Origin: Planctomycetota bacterium
GTDB lineage: Bacteria > Planctomycetota > PLA2 > JAEUHO01
DNA: 64,000 nucleotides
NCBI GenBank assembly: GCA_965223505.1
Contig: CBDCWP010000026.1
Location: 108,782 to 172,781 of the forward strand
Direction of reading: 5' to 3'
Within the stretch, counting starts at the first letter, position 1, and the number at the start of each line of letters is the position of its first letter. Under the pieces are notes generated by a model that was given only the letters and a program-made list of their open reading frames with translations, did no database searches and was not told the origin of the DNA. Shown in pieces: positions 28,621 to 38,083 of the stretch. Made by a program: the position numbers and the translations under genes.

Positions 28621-29249
28621 ACCGAGCCGACAAACATGGGTTTCACCACACCCTTGAGGCGCGTGAAGTCGATCATCCAGATGTGGTTCGGGCGCGTTGC
28701 AAGAAGGCCCGGCGCTACCTGGGTTACGAGTCGGTCCTCGGGAGCGGGCGACGTCGGCCTGCGCAGGATGCGCTGCACACTCGAGCGCGACGCCTCCACT
28801 CCGAGCCGAGCCAGCTCTCCGGCGATGCGCCGCGTGCCCCAACGCGGCCACTCGCGCTTCATCCTGCGGGCCAGTTCAATGACGAGATCCGTGAGCGTTC
28901 CGATTCGCGGTAGCAGCCGCGGGTCTTTCCGGCGCGACAAGCGCCTCCAGTTCAGAATCGTCTGCCGCGTGATTCCGAACGCCGCGGCCGTTCGCGTCAC
29001 GGACATGCGATATCGCGCGGCGTGCCACAGGATCTCGAGTCGCTCATGCGGGCGGTAGTGAGGACGTCGGCGGGAAGCAACGCGGGCAAAGCGTGCGCGA
29101 AGGAGTCCGTTCTCGGCTTCGAGCTGCTCGACCCTCTCCTCGAGCACGGCGATCTTGCCCGACAGCGGGCGGCGCCTGCCGACCGACCTTCGCCAGTGGT
29201 CGTGAGCCAGGGCGATGGCGCGTGCGAATAGGATCAGGGCCTCGTGCAT
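28621..29249 (-). pseudogene. IS3/IS481-like transposase, N-terminal fragment
   Basis: HTH (TAAAFGITRQTILNW), PRWGTRRIAGEL, RPNHIWMIDFT; ends before the second D and the E. Confidence 0.7.
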
Positions 29250-29524
29250 CGCGGGAATCTAGCCGCGGATGAGGGCTCGGCTTCAAAGCCCAGAAGTCAG
29301 GCGTTTGCGGCGAGCTGTCAAAGGTCGTGGGCCGCTACAGTGGAGCGTGTAGTAACGGGTGACGGCAGCTCGGGTAGAGACATCCAACTCCCAGAAGGAG
29401 CACCCGTTACCCGGGGGGAGCGGTTCAGCGCGGCCCGTCCTCGCAGGTGCGCCCGGTTACGAAGTAGCCGAACACAAGGACCGTCTTTACACCGTGCGCT
29501 CCCGCACGGCTCCGCTGCGCGCGT

Positions 29525-30379
29525 CTACTTCTTCGCTCTTGCCCAAGCCTGCGTCTCCTTGAGGAGCGTCACTTGCTTCGCAAGCGCTTCATCCAGCTTG
29601 ACGACGAGTTGCTGCAGCCGCTCGGGGCTCGTGCCGAGCCACTCTCTGACTTCTGCGGCGCGCTCGAATTCCTCTCCTGTCAGGTCTTCAACGGCCTTCG
29701 AGACTGCAGGTCGAAGCTTCGTCTTTCCGAGGAGTCGACGTCCTCGGCCGCCGGATAGCGCTCCGTTCCCCTGCGCCCCCCCGGATCGCGACCTTGCTTC
29801 CGCTCGATCGCTCTCGGCCCAAATGCTCACAAGCGCATCCATCATCCGCACGTCGCCGAGTTTCGCGATCGCGGCGATGGACGACTTTTGCACGGAGACA
29901 TCTGGATGCTTGAGCAGCTTCTTCCACACTCTCTCCGATGGCACAAAGGGAAGAAGCTGAAGTCGTTCGATGACGGTCAGGACAGATGTGGAGTCCTTTC
30001 GGATCTTCCGCTTCTCCAATGCGCGTGACAAGTGCTCTCCGGCATACGCAGGCATGTCTTTCATAGATCCCAGTGCAAACAGTGCACTCGTCCGAATCTC
30101 CTCGGTGCCCGAGTTCGTTGCGATCCTGAGCAGCTTGTCAGCAATCAGAGGGTGAGCGACCTTCGCAAGCTCCTGCAAAGCGTCGCTCTGCGCCCACGTC
30201 TTTGCGGCCCCCTTCTTGCCTTTCGCCCGAAACGCGATTGAGAACGCATCAAGCGCCGCAATTGCCTTACTCCGGGCTGCAAGTCGGGCTGACGCGTCTG
30301 GGTCCTTGACGATCAGAGCGTCCGCTGGAGCAGCAAGAAGCAGGAGCACCATCAACCCCGTAATTCCAATTTCACGCAT
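29525..30379 (-). CDS. Secreted HEAT-repeat protein
   Basis: GGAG RBS, signal peptide ...APADA; HEAT motifs; AVEDLTGEEF...VREW. Confidence 0.7.
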   Translation of the reverse strand: MREIGITGLMVLLLLAAPADALIVKDPDASARLAARSKAIAALDAFSIAFRAKGKKGAAKTWAQSDALQELAKVAHPLIADKLLRIATNSGTEEIRTSALFALGSMKDMPAYAGEHLSRALEKRKIRKDSTSVLTVIERLQLLPFVPSERVWKKLLKHPDVSVQKSSIAAIAKLGDVRMMDALVSIWAESDRAEARSRSGGAQGNGALSGGRGRRLLGKTKLRPAVSKAVEDLTGEEFERAAEVREWLGTSPERLQQLVVKLDEALAKQVTLLKETQAWARAKK

Positions 30380-30531
30380 GTCGGAGTTCGAGCAAGTGCT
30401 ATGCCAGCTCGTCGCCGGCGCCGCCAACGACCAACCAGCGTGACGCATTCCGCCCTTCGCTAGCCACTCGAGATCAGTCGATACACCTCGAAGATTGCAC
30501 GGTCTCCGTCCTTCTCATCCCACCTGGGGAG

Positions 30532-33500
30532 CTAGGGCAGCCCCCATGCCACGAACGACGCCCAAGCGCTGGGATGGGCCAGAGGCCCGCCAGCCGCCAG
30601 GCGCTCGAGCTGCGCCAGGCGGAGCGCACTGACCACCTCACGTTGCTGCCCCGCCCAGGCTTCGTAGAAGCGCGCCATGAACGCCGGCGTGTGCTCGTCG
30701 CTCACGCGCCAGCACGACGCGACCACGCGCCGAGCGCCCGCGATGAAGAACGCGCGTACGAGCCCGCGTTGTCCCTCGCCCGCCGTGGGCGTACCCCGGG
30801 CACTATCGCAGCACGAGAGCGTCACGAGGTCGCACTCGAGCCGCATGCGTCGCACGGTATCTACGGTGAGCATCTCGCCCCCGGTCAAGGCGATGCCGCT
30901 CCGCGCAGGATTGAGACCGTCGACGAACGCGTGCGCTGCGACATGCAGAGCGCGCAAACCGCCCGATCGCTCCTCGCAGGCCCGGCGCAGCGCGGCCACG
31001 CCGGCCTCCGCGCCCGTCAGTCGAGTGCGCACCGACGGATCGAATGGGCCTTCCACACCCGCAGCCTCCTTGCCCGCATGCGGCAGCGATACGAGTCCCG
31101 TACCCGCATAGTCGGGGGCAGCCACGACCACGATCCCCGTGCGACGCGTGTCGTTCGCGCCGGCGCGCAAGATCGCGTAGCTCGTGGCGCTCGGCACATA
31201 GAGCACCTCGTGATCCTCGATCACGCGGCGGCCATCGGACGTGACGAGCGCGCCGAGCGGAATCGCAGCCAGCGCGCCGGCGGGCGCAATCAGAATGCGC
31301 CGCACGCCCTGCAGCGTCGCAGCAAGGGGCGCAAGTAGACGGACGTGTAGCTTGCGAGCAAGCGGACGATCGTCCGCTCCCGGCGTGGAGACCGCCCGCC
31401 GCCAGTCTTCGAGAGCGCGCTCGATGGACGCCCGTGCTCCGAGGTCAGCCAGCGTCAGCACTTCGCGGCCCACCCCTAGCGCCACGATCGACTCGCCCGC
31501 GTCGTGGAACGCGATGCAGATCTCGTCCGACGCGAGCATTCGGCGGAACTCGTCGAGTCCGATGCTCCGCCCCCCCACGGCGAGGGCGGCCCTGCGACTG
31601 ACGCGCTCGATCTCCGTCACGGCGCGCTCGCGCGCCTTCCAAGCGGCCTCGAGTACCTGCTCGGCCCGACGCATGTCGAGCGCAGGGACGTCGGCTTGCT
31701 GCGCGAGGCGCACGACGTTGCTGCGGGCATCCTCGACGGCCGACCGCGTACTCTCCTCCCGCGCGCGAAGCGTCGCGGGCAAGGCAGCGAGACTCTCCGA
31801 GCGCACCGAATGCAGGGCGGCATTCAGCTGCATCGCCCGACCGGCTTCGATGAACGCGAACGCGTCCGATGCGCGGCCGAGAGCGACGGACGAACGCAGG
31901 CCGTAGGCGGCCGCATTGGCGAGATGCCGCTGACCGAAGCGCGTGTCGCCCTCCGGCATGCCGCCCAGGAGGTCACGACGCAACGCGATGGACCGCCGCG
32001 CCTCCTCGATGCACTCCCCGTGGCGTCCGAGCGCATAGAGCGCGGCACATCGCAGTCGTGCAAATCGTTCCTGGAAGGCGTGCCGAGCGTGCAGCAGTGC
32101 GCTGCCGCGGTCCGCTGCGGCAAGCGCCGCAGCGGCGTCGCCGGCTTGCATGCGGTAGGCCCCGGTACCCCACAACGCGAACGCCTCGCCGAGTCCGTCG
32201 CGCCGGCTCTCAGCGGCGGCGCGGGCCCGCTCGAGCAACGCATACGCCTCTTCGCGCGAGCCGCCACGCCACAGCAGGCTCGCGACGATGCGCTGCGCCT
32301 CGCTGTGCCGCACCGGATCGTCGGCCTCCTCCTGGATGCGCAGGCCCGCGCGGGCCGAGGCGAGGGCTTCGGCAAAGCGCCCCAGGCCTGCCTGCGCCTT
32401 GGCGAGGTGCAGAAGATCTTGCGCTTCGTCAGCGCGCTTGCCGAGCTTGCGAGAGAGGGCGAGAGCGCGACGCGCCTCGGTCTCGGCCTCCGCGTACCGT
32501 CCAAGCTCGCTCCAGATCCCTGACAGGCCGATGCGCACGAGGCGCTCGACGCGCGGTACGGACGTCAGATCCAGTGCGAGGGCTTCCTGATAGCGCTCGA
32601 TTGCCTCCGGGATGCGCCCGACCGCTTCCAATGCATGTCCCATGCTGCGGAGCGCGTGCGCCCGGGCGCCGGGCTGGTCCACACGCGTTGCGACGGCCCA
32701 CAGATCGTGCGCGGTTGCCAGCGTGCGCTCGGGCAGGTTCGAAACCGACCGAACGTTGAAGGCGACCAGGTAGAACGCGTAGCGGTCGCGGAGGTCCAGC
32801 CAGTCCTCCGTGGGCTCGTTGGCACGAAGCGTGGCGAGTGCCTCGGCCCGCTGTCCGGCCCAGAACAGCAGGCTCGTGAGCAGCGTCGCGCTCCGGCAGA
32901 TCTCGCGCGGATGACCCGCTGCTCGGGCGACGGCAAGAGCCTCGCTTGCACTGTCCAGGGCGCGCTGCCGCGCGCCGCGCTGATGGGCCGCTCGGGCGGC
33001 ACCGACCAAGGAGTGCGCACGCGACGTCAGCATGTGAGAAGCACGTGCGTAGGCCGCTGCATCGAGGAAACGCGCTTCGGCGTCCTCGAGCAAGCCGAGT
33101 CTTTGAAGGCGCTCGGCGTAGTGGTGGCGCAAGCGCCACGCGGCCAGGCTGCCAGGCTCCTCGAGCGCCTCGGAGACCGACGCCAGCACGTGCTCTGCCG
33201 CCGCAGCGTCTCGAGCGCGCTGCATCGCCGCGATGCGTGCGGTGATCGTGCGCTCACGGTCACGTACCGCGCCCCCCGCGGCCGCGACACGCTCGATCAG
33301 ACGGTCCAGGCCGCCGAGATCTCGATGCCCGGCCGCGTCCGCGCGCCAGCGGCGAAGGTGCCGAAGGGCGGACTCCGCATCCGGTGCCGCCTCGAGCAGC
33401 AGTGCGCCTACGCGTGCCGGGTCGTGTTGGAGTGCGGACGCGATCTTGCGTGCGGTTGCGTCGTCGCCTGCCGAACGGGCCCGGGCCCACGCGTTCGCGG

Positions 33501-33597
33501 CCGCATTCAGCTCGAATGGCACCTCTGCCTCGTCGCCGGCTCGTGCCGGCGTAGCGACGAGAGTCAGCACGATCAGTGCGGCGACGACGAAGCGCAT
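30532..33597 (-). CDS. Secreted TPR-CHAT (caspase-like HetF) protease
   Basis: Signal peptide, TPRs, LHVAAHA and LSCCDS dyad, GLVRAF..AGA, HPSAWASF. Confidence 0.92.
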   Translation of the reverse strand: MRFVVAALIVLTLVATPARAGDEAEVPFELNAAANAWARARSAGDDATARKIASALQHDPARVGALLLEAAPDAESALRHLRRWRADAAGHRDLGGLDRLIERVAAAGGAVRDRERTITARIAAMQRARDAAAAEHVLASVSEALEEPGSLAAWRLRHHYAERLQRLGLLEDAEARFLDAAAYARASHMLTSRAHSLVGAARAAHQRGARQRALDSASEALAVARAAGHPREICRSATLLTSLLFWAGQRAEALATLRANEPTEDWLDLRDRYAFYLVAFNVRSVSNLPERTLATAHDLWAVATRVDQPGARAHALRSMGHALEAVGRIPEAIERYQEALALDLTSVPRVERLVRIGLSGIWSELGRYAEAETEARRALALSRKLGKRADEAQDLLHLAKAQAGLGRFAEALASARAGLRIQEEADDPVRHSEAQRIVASLLWRGGSREEAYALLERARAAAESRRDGLGEAFALWGTGAYRMQAGDAAAALAAADRGSALLHARHAFQERFARLRCAALYALGRHGECIEEARRSIALRRDLLGGMPEGDTRFGQRHLANAAAYGLRSSVALGRASDAFAFIEAGRAMQLNAALHSVRSESLAALPATLRAREESTRSAVEDARSNVVRLAQQADVPALDMRRAEQVLEAAWKARERAVTEIERVSRRAALAVGGRSIGLDEFRRMLASDEICIAFHDAGESIVALGVGREVLTLADLGARASIERALEDWRRAVSTPGADDRPLARKLHVRLLAPLAATLQGVRRILIAPAGALAAIPLGALVTSDGRRVIEDHEVLYVPSATSYAILRAGANDTRRTGIVVVAAPDYAGTGLVSLPHAGKEAAGVEGPFDPSVRTRLTGAEAGVAALRRACEERSGGLRALHVAAHAFVDGLNPARSGIALTGGEMLTVDTVRRMRLECDLVTLSCCDSARGTPTAGEGQRGLVRAFFIAGARRVVASCWRVSDEHTPAFMARFYEAWAGQQREVVSALRLAQLERLAAGGPLAHPSAWASFVAWGLP

Positions 33598-34500
33598 TCA
33601 CTCGACCATCGGTGCGAGGAGCGCGCGCAAGCGCTTGACGCGGGCATCGTCGGGCATGTGCGCCTCCAGTTCGGTCAATCCCTCTAGCGCAACCGCGTAT
33701 CGCTCGCGCGATGCCGCATGAAAGGCCAGCAGCAGCGTGCGTTCGTCCCCGCTGGTGCGAGATTCGATTGCCGCTCGCGCCGCTGCGTGGTCGGCGCGCG
33801 CTGTCGCATCGGCTATGCGGAACATGCTCGTCGTTGTGTGTTCGCCGAAGGGGCCCCGCGTGCGCACCTCGAGCAAGTAGCGCGTACCGTCCGTAAGCGG
33901 CTCGGCATCGGCCGGCCACGCCATGGGCGAGTGATCGGCGGAGAAGGTGCGGACATCCTCGCCTGACTCGGTGGCAATGCGGATCTCGTAGCGCGACGCA
34001 CCCGCGACGCGAACCCAGCGGATTTCCGGTCGCGCGGTCAGGCTCTCGCCGTGCGGCGCGAGGACCCGCAGGCCCCCCCGGTCGACCGTCGCCCGTACGG
34101 CTGGACCCGACGCGGTGATCGCGGCACGCAGCCCGCCGAAGCGCTCCCCGTCGTCGGCGGCCAGGCGGTCGGCGGCCGCGAGGAGACTGGCGAACGACTC
34201 GGGGGGCGGCGGTTCGTCGCGCCCCCACAGAACCCAAAGGACGCCGACGGCCACCAGCACGGAAGCCGCGATCGCGAGCGGGGCCAGTGGCAGGCGGCGA
34301 GGCGCCACGGAGGAGGCCGCTTCGGTGGCCGGCAGCGCACTACGCAACGCGCGTACGAGCGTGCGTGCCTCGGCATCGTGGACGAGTCGCTCCTCGACGA
34401 CGTCGCGCTCCTCGTCGGTGAGTCGGCTCTCCACGTAGCTGATCAGCAGGTTGTCGTCGAGCGGCTCGAGCTCGGTCGGGGACGGGTCATGCGTCGTCAA
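33598..34500 (-). CDS. Putative anti-sigma factor (degenerate zf-HC2-like N-terminus, TM, extracytoplasmic DUF928-like domain)
   Basis: LLISYVESRLTDEERDVVEERL, LAIAASVLVAVG TM; TTG start overlaps the sigma stop (TTGA) after GGAGG. Confidence 0.75.
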   Translation of the reverse strand: MTTHDPSPTELEPLDDNLLISYVESRLTDEERDVVEERLVHDAEARTLVRALRSALPATEAASSVAPRRLPLAPLAIAASVLVAVGVLWVLWGRDEPPPPESFASLLAAADRLAADDGERFGGLRAAITASGPAVRATVDRGGLRVLAPHGESLTARPEIRWVRVAGASRYEIRIATESGEDVRTFSADHSPMAWPADAEPLTDGTRYLLEVRTRGPFGEHTTTSMFRIADATARADHAAARAAIESRTSGDERTLLLAFHAASRERYAVALEGLTELEAHMPDDARVKRLRALLAPMVE

Positions 34501-35390
34501 CGGCCACCTCCAGCTTCGTGACCCTCGATCGTAGGAGGCGCAACAGTGGGCAAAGTTGCGAGCGCCCGTGCCGCCGTCGCGACCGCCACGGCCCACGTTC
34601 GCTGCTCGAGCCCGTCCGGCAGCCGCGGGACAGCGACGTCCCGAAGGCGCTGGTGGGCGCGGTGAAGCACCTGGCTTACGCGCGGCACACCAACGCCCAA
34701 GGTGGCGGCGATGTCGCGATGCGGAAGATCGTCGCGATGCTTGAGGACGAGCACGAGCCGCTCGCGCGGCGTGCAGCGGGCCAGGCCGTCGCGAAGCGCG
34801 GCGGAAACGACCGCCACTACGTCGGCCTCGTCCGATGGGAGCGTGGGGTCCCCGTGCTGCGCCGCACGGTGCGCGGCGTGGTCGGGAGAGAGCCGCTCGG
34901 GGCTCTTGCGCCGGGCGCCTGCCGCGATGCGACGAACGAGGATGGTGGCCAGCCAGCCGAAGAGACTGCCCCAGCCCTGGAAGGTGCCGAGTAGGGTCGC
35001 GGCGGCCGGGCGTCGCGGAGGCGGCAACGCGAGGTCCGCCAACAAGGACTCCGCCAGGTCCTCGGCGTCTGCGCGCGCCTTGCCTTGTTTGGTGGCAAGA
35101 CCCACGAGCCGCGGCATGTACTCGTCACGCAGCACGGTCCACGCGCCGGGCTCGCCGCGGTCGCACGCGATTGCCAGCACCAGGTCTTCCAGGCAGAGGC
35201 GCTTCACGGCTGCAGCCATTCGCTCGGTCGTGGGCTCGAGGTCGAGGGCGACCAGCCGATCGTGCACGCGCGCATCCACGATCCGCGCGAACTCCCCGAA
35301 CGAGAGCGCAAGACCACCCGCGCGTGCGAGCCCCGCTGCGTGCGCGTGCCGCAGGAGCAACTCGTCAGCGGGAACCGGCTCATCGTCCAT
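34497..35390 (-). CDS. ECF sigma-70 factor with N-terminal extension
   Basis: EDLVLAIACDRGEPGAW, DAEDLAE, GSLFGWL, region 4 HRDIAATLGVGVPRVSQVLHRA. Confidence 0.85.
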   Translation of the reverse strand: MDDEPVPADELLLRHAHAAGLARAGGLALSFGEFARIVDARVHDRLVALDLEPTTERMAAAVKRLCLEDLVLAIACDRGEPGAWTVLRDEYMPRLVGLATKQGKARADAEDLAESLLADLALPPPRRPAAATLLGTFQGWGSLFGWLATILVRRIAAGARRKSPERLSPDHAAHRAAQHGDPTLPSDEADVVAVVSAALRDGLARCTPRERLVLVLKHRDDLPHRDIAATLGVGVPRVSQVLHRAHQRLRDVAVPRLPDGLEQRTWAVAVATAARALATLPTVAPPTIEGHEAGGGR

Positions 35391-35416
35391 CTGCCAGTCA
35401 GTGTACCGACGGGGCC

Positions 35417-35444
35417 TAAACAAAGGGGCTCCAGCGCATCCTAC
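35417..35444 (+). promoter_or_regulatory. Shared ECF-type promoter-like motif, copy 1
   Basis: TAAAC-N13-CGCATCCTAC, 21 nt before the LamG ATG. Confidence 0.5.
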
Positions 35445-35465
35445 GCGCATCAAGGGAGCTCCCCC

Positions 35466-36236
35466 ATGCAGACGAGCCTGCGCCCGATCCTGATCACCCT
35501 TGTTCTGTTGTCCGCAAGCTGCGGCAGTTCGGGCCCCTGCACGTGCCCCGAACTCGCGGAGGCCCCGATCGCGGACGCGGCGCTTTCGTTCGACGGCGTC
35601 GACGATCTGGCTCAGATGAGTGCGCCGCCCGGCCACTTCTCGTTTGCCGGCGGTCTCACGCTCGAGGCGTGGATCCGCCCCAATACGATTCCCCAGCTCA
35701 GCGAGACCTCGCAGCGATTCATCGGACAGGACGGCTCGGTGGTCTTCGCGCTCGTCACCGGAGCCAGCGGCGTCCTGCGGGGCTCGATCTGGACCGGAGG
35801 CAGCACGGCCCTGCTCTCGCCGCCCGCGACCATCCAAGCCGGCGTGTGGCAGCACATCGCCCTCACCTACGACCTGACGACCGTGCGTATGTACGTGGAC
35901 GCCTTCGAGGTCGCCAGCATGCCCCTGTCCGCGGGACCGGCCGACCCGATGACCGACCTGTACCTGGGCAACATGCCCACGATGATCCACGACGGCGCCT
36001 ACGAGGGCGAGATCGATGACGTCCGTGTGTGGGGCTTGGCACGCACACCCTTCGACATCGCAGCGGGGATCTTCGGAACCGTCGGCCCCACCAGTCCGGG
36101 CCTGCTTGCGCACTACCGATTCGAGGGCAGCGGCCAGACGGTGACCGATTCCAGCCAGCACGGTATCGACGGCGCACTGGGCTCGAACGGCTTCATCGTC
36201 GATCCCCGCGACCCGGAGCGCGTGTCCTCGGAGTAG
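35466..36236 (+). CDS. LamG/ConA-like domain lipoprotein
   Basis: Lipobox LSASC; ALSFDGVDD, TLEAWIRP, WQHIALTYD, GEIDDVRVW, LLAHYRF. Confidence 0.9.
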   Translation: MQTSLRPILITLVLLSASCGSSGPCTCPELAEAPIADAALSFDGVDDLAQMSAPPGHFSFAGGLTLEAWIRPNTIPQLSETSQRFIGQDGSVVFALVTGASGVLRGSIWTGGSTALLSPPATIQAGVWQHIALTYDLTTVRMYVDAFEVASMPLSAGPADPMTDLYLGNMPTMIHDGAYEGEIDDVRVWGLARTPFDIAAGIFGTVGPTSPGLLAHYRFEGSGQTVTDSSQHGIDGALGSNGFIVDPRDPERVSSE

Positions 36237-36402
36237 CCCCCGCGACGCGCGATCGATACGGGGCAAGGGCCGGGCCATGGGCGCTCCGACCGGCACGGCG
36301 CCGGTTCTTCCGTGTGGGATGCACTCGGCACCAGGAGTTGCGTCCGAAAACCCACTCGCCTCTGGACGTCCGCACCAGCGCTTCTCGACTTCGCTTGGCC
36401 CC

Positions 36403-36430
36403 GCAACTCCAAGGACCCCACGCATCCAAC
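36403..36430 (+). promoter_or_regulatory. Shared ECF-type promoter-like motif, copy 2
   Basis: GCAAC-N13-CGCATCCAAC, 38 nt before ATG. Confidence 0.55.
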
Positions 36431-36468
36431 CCAGGAACCGACCCCTTTGCTCGACCCGGAGGCGCCTG

Positions 36469-37968
36469 ATGCGCACCCTCGCTTCCCTCTGCTCCCTGAC
36501 ACTCCTCCTCCTGCTCGCTGCCTGCGGCGGTGGCTCCGGCGGCGGCGCCGCCGGCCCGAGCAGCATCTCGTTCGCGGTCGGCATCGGCGGTGGCTCGGGA
36601 GACACCGCCGAGGCCGTTGGCGTCTTGTCGGACGGCACGACAGTGGTGGTCGGCTCCTTCCGGGACACCGCGGTCTTCGGGCAGGGCGAGACGAACCAAA
36701 CGAGCCTCACCTCCGCAGGCGTGAGCGATGTCTATGTCGCTCGCTACGACGCCGCGATGCACCTCATGTGGGTACGTCACATCTACGGGCCGGCGAACGA
36801 TCAGGGGCTCGCGATCGCCGTGACGTCGAGCGACGCCATCCTTGTCGCCGGTTCCTATCGGCAGGCGCTGACGTTCTCTCTCGGCGAGCCGAACCCCGTC
36901 ACGCTCCAGTCGAATGGCTCGAGCGACACGAACGGGTTCCTGGCCCGCTTCTACGCCGACGGCTCGCTTGACTGGGTCCAGGACATCACGGGTTCCGGCA
37001 TCCAGGCCGTGCAGGGGCTCTCCGTCGCGTCCGACGGCACGGCGTTCGTGACGGGCCTATTGACCGTGGGGGCCGTCTTTGCCCCGTCCCAGTCGGGGGA
37101 GACGACGCTCCCTTCCTTCGGCGCGGAAGACGCCTTCGTGGCGAGCTACGACGTGAACGGGCAGCTGCTCTGGGCGAAGCTCGCCGGGGGTACCGGCAAC
37201 GAGTGGGGCGAGGCGGTCGGCGCTCATCCCGCCGGCGGGTGCGTGGTCACCGGCTCGTTCAGTGGCTCGGCCATCTTTGGGTTCTTCGAGGTCAACAACA
37301 CCGTTTTGACATCCGCAGGAGGCGACGACGCCTTCATCGCGCGATTCGATTCCACCGGCGACCTCCTCTGGGCGAAGCGCGCGGGCGGCCCCATGGCGCA
37401 ATCCGGCCGATGCATCGCAACGACGCCGAACGGCGCCATCTACGTGACCGGCGACTTCGAGAGCACGATGGTCTTCGCCCCCGGCGAGACCTCCTCGACG
37501 GTGCTCAATGCCATCGGTACGGCGGATGTATTCCTCGCGCGCTACCTTTCGGACGGGAGCATCGACTGGGCAACGCAGGTTGCAGGCTCCTCCGGCGCCT
37601 TCGGGAAGGCCGTCGCCACGCGGCCGGACGAGTCGATCGTCATCGGCGGTCACTTCAAAGCCAACGCGACGTTCGATCCCGGGATGGGAACGCAGACGAT
37701 CCTCACGACGGGGGCGGAGCAAATCGATGCCTTCGTGGCCTGCTACACGACGACGGGGGCCGTCCAGTGGGCCCTGCGCGCGGGGGGGATGGGAACGGAC
37801 CGAACTCGCGGCCTGGCGTGCCTGCCGAGTGGACACACGATGGTCGTGGGGAACTTCCAGGAGACCGCTGCATTCGGCATCGGGGACGCGACCGAGACGA
37901 CGCTCCAGTCGTTCGGTGCGAGCGACGCCTTCGTGGCGCGCTTCGGACCGACAGGCGTCTTGCAGTAG
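36469..37968 (+). CDS. Beta-propeller (SBBP-like) repeat lipoprotein 1
   Basis: GGAGG RBS; lipobox LAAC; repeated VxGxF...DAFVARY..G.L.WA..AGG units. Confidence 0.85.
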   Translation: MRTLASLCSLTLLLLLAACGGGSGGGAAGPSSISFAVGIGGGSGDTAEAVGVLSDGTTVVVGSFRDTAVFGQGETNQTSLTSAGVSDVYVARYDAAMHLMWVRHIYGPANDQGLAIAVTSSDAILVAGSYRQALTFSLGEPNPVTLQSNGSSDTNGFLARFYADGSLDWVQDITGSGIQAVQGLSVASDGTAFVTGLLTVGAVFAPSQSGETTLPSFGAEDAFVASYDVNGQLLWAKLAGGTGNEWGEAVGAHPAGGCVVTGSFSGSAIFGFFEVNNTVLTSAGGDDAFIARFDSTGDLLWAKRAGGPMAQSGRCIATTPNGAIYVTGDFESTMVFAPGETSSTVLNAIGTADVFLARYLSDGSIDWATQVAGSSGAFGKAVATRPDESIVIGGHFKANATFDPGMGTQTILTTGAEQIDAFVACYTTTGAVQWALRAGGMGTDRTRGLACLPSGHTMVVGNFQETAAFGIGDATETTLQSFGASDAFVARFGPTGVLQ

Positions 37969-38019
37969 CGCGCGCCGGATCGCATGCGGCGACCGCGCCG
38001 CCGAAGACCGATTCGACCC

Positions 38020-38047
38020 GCAACTCGAAGGTCTGGACGCATCCAAC
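38020..38047 (+). promoter_or_regulatory. Shared ECF-type promoter-like motif, copy 3
   Basis: GCAAC-N13-CGCATCCAAC, 36 nt before ATG. Confidence 0.55.
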
Positions 38048-38083
38048 GGTAAGAGTCGGCCCCCTGCCGGCCGGAGACCTGCC

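Noticed and set aside
34497..36710. 737-aa ORF as a giant sigma factor
   Set aside because: The first ~440 codons are antisense to the LamG and propeller genes; the sigma plausibly starts at 35390.
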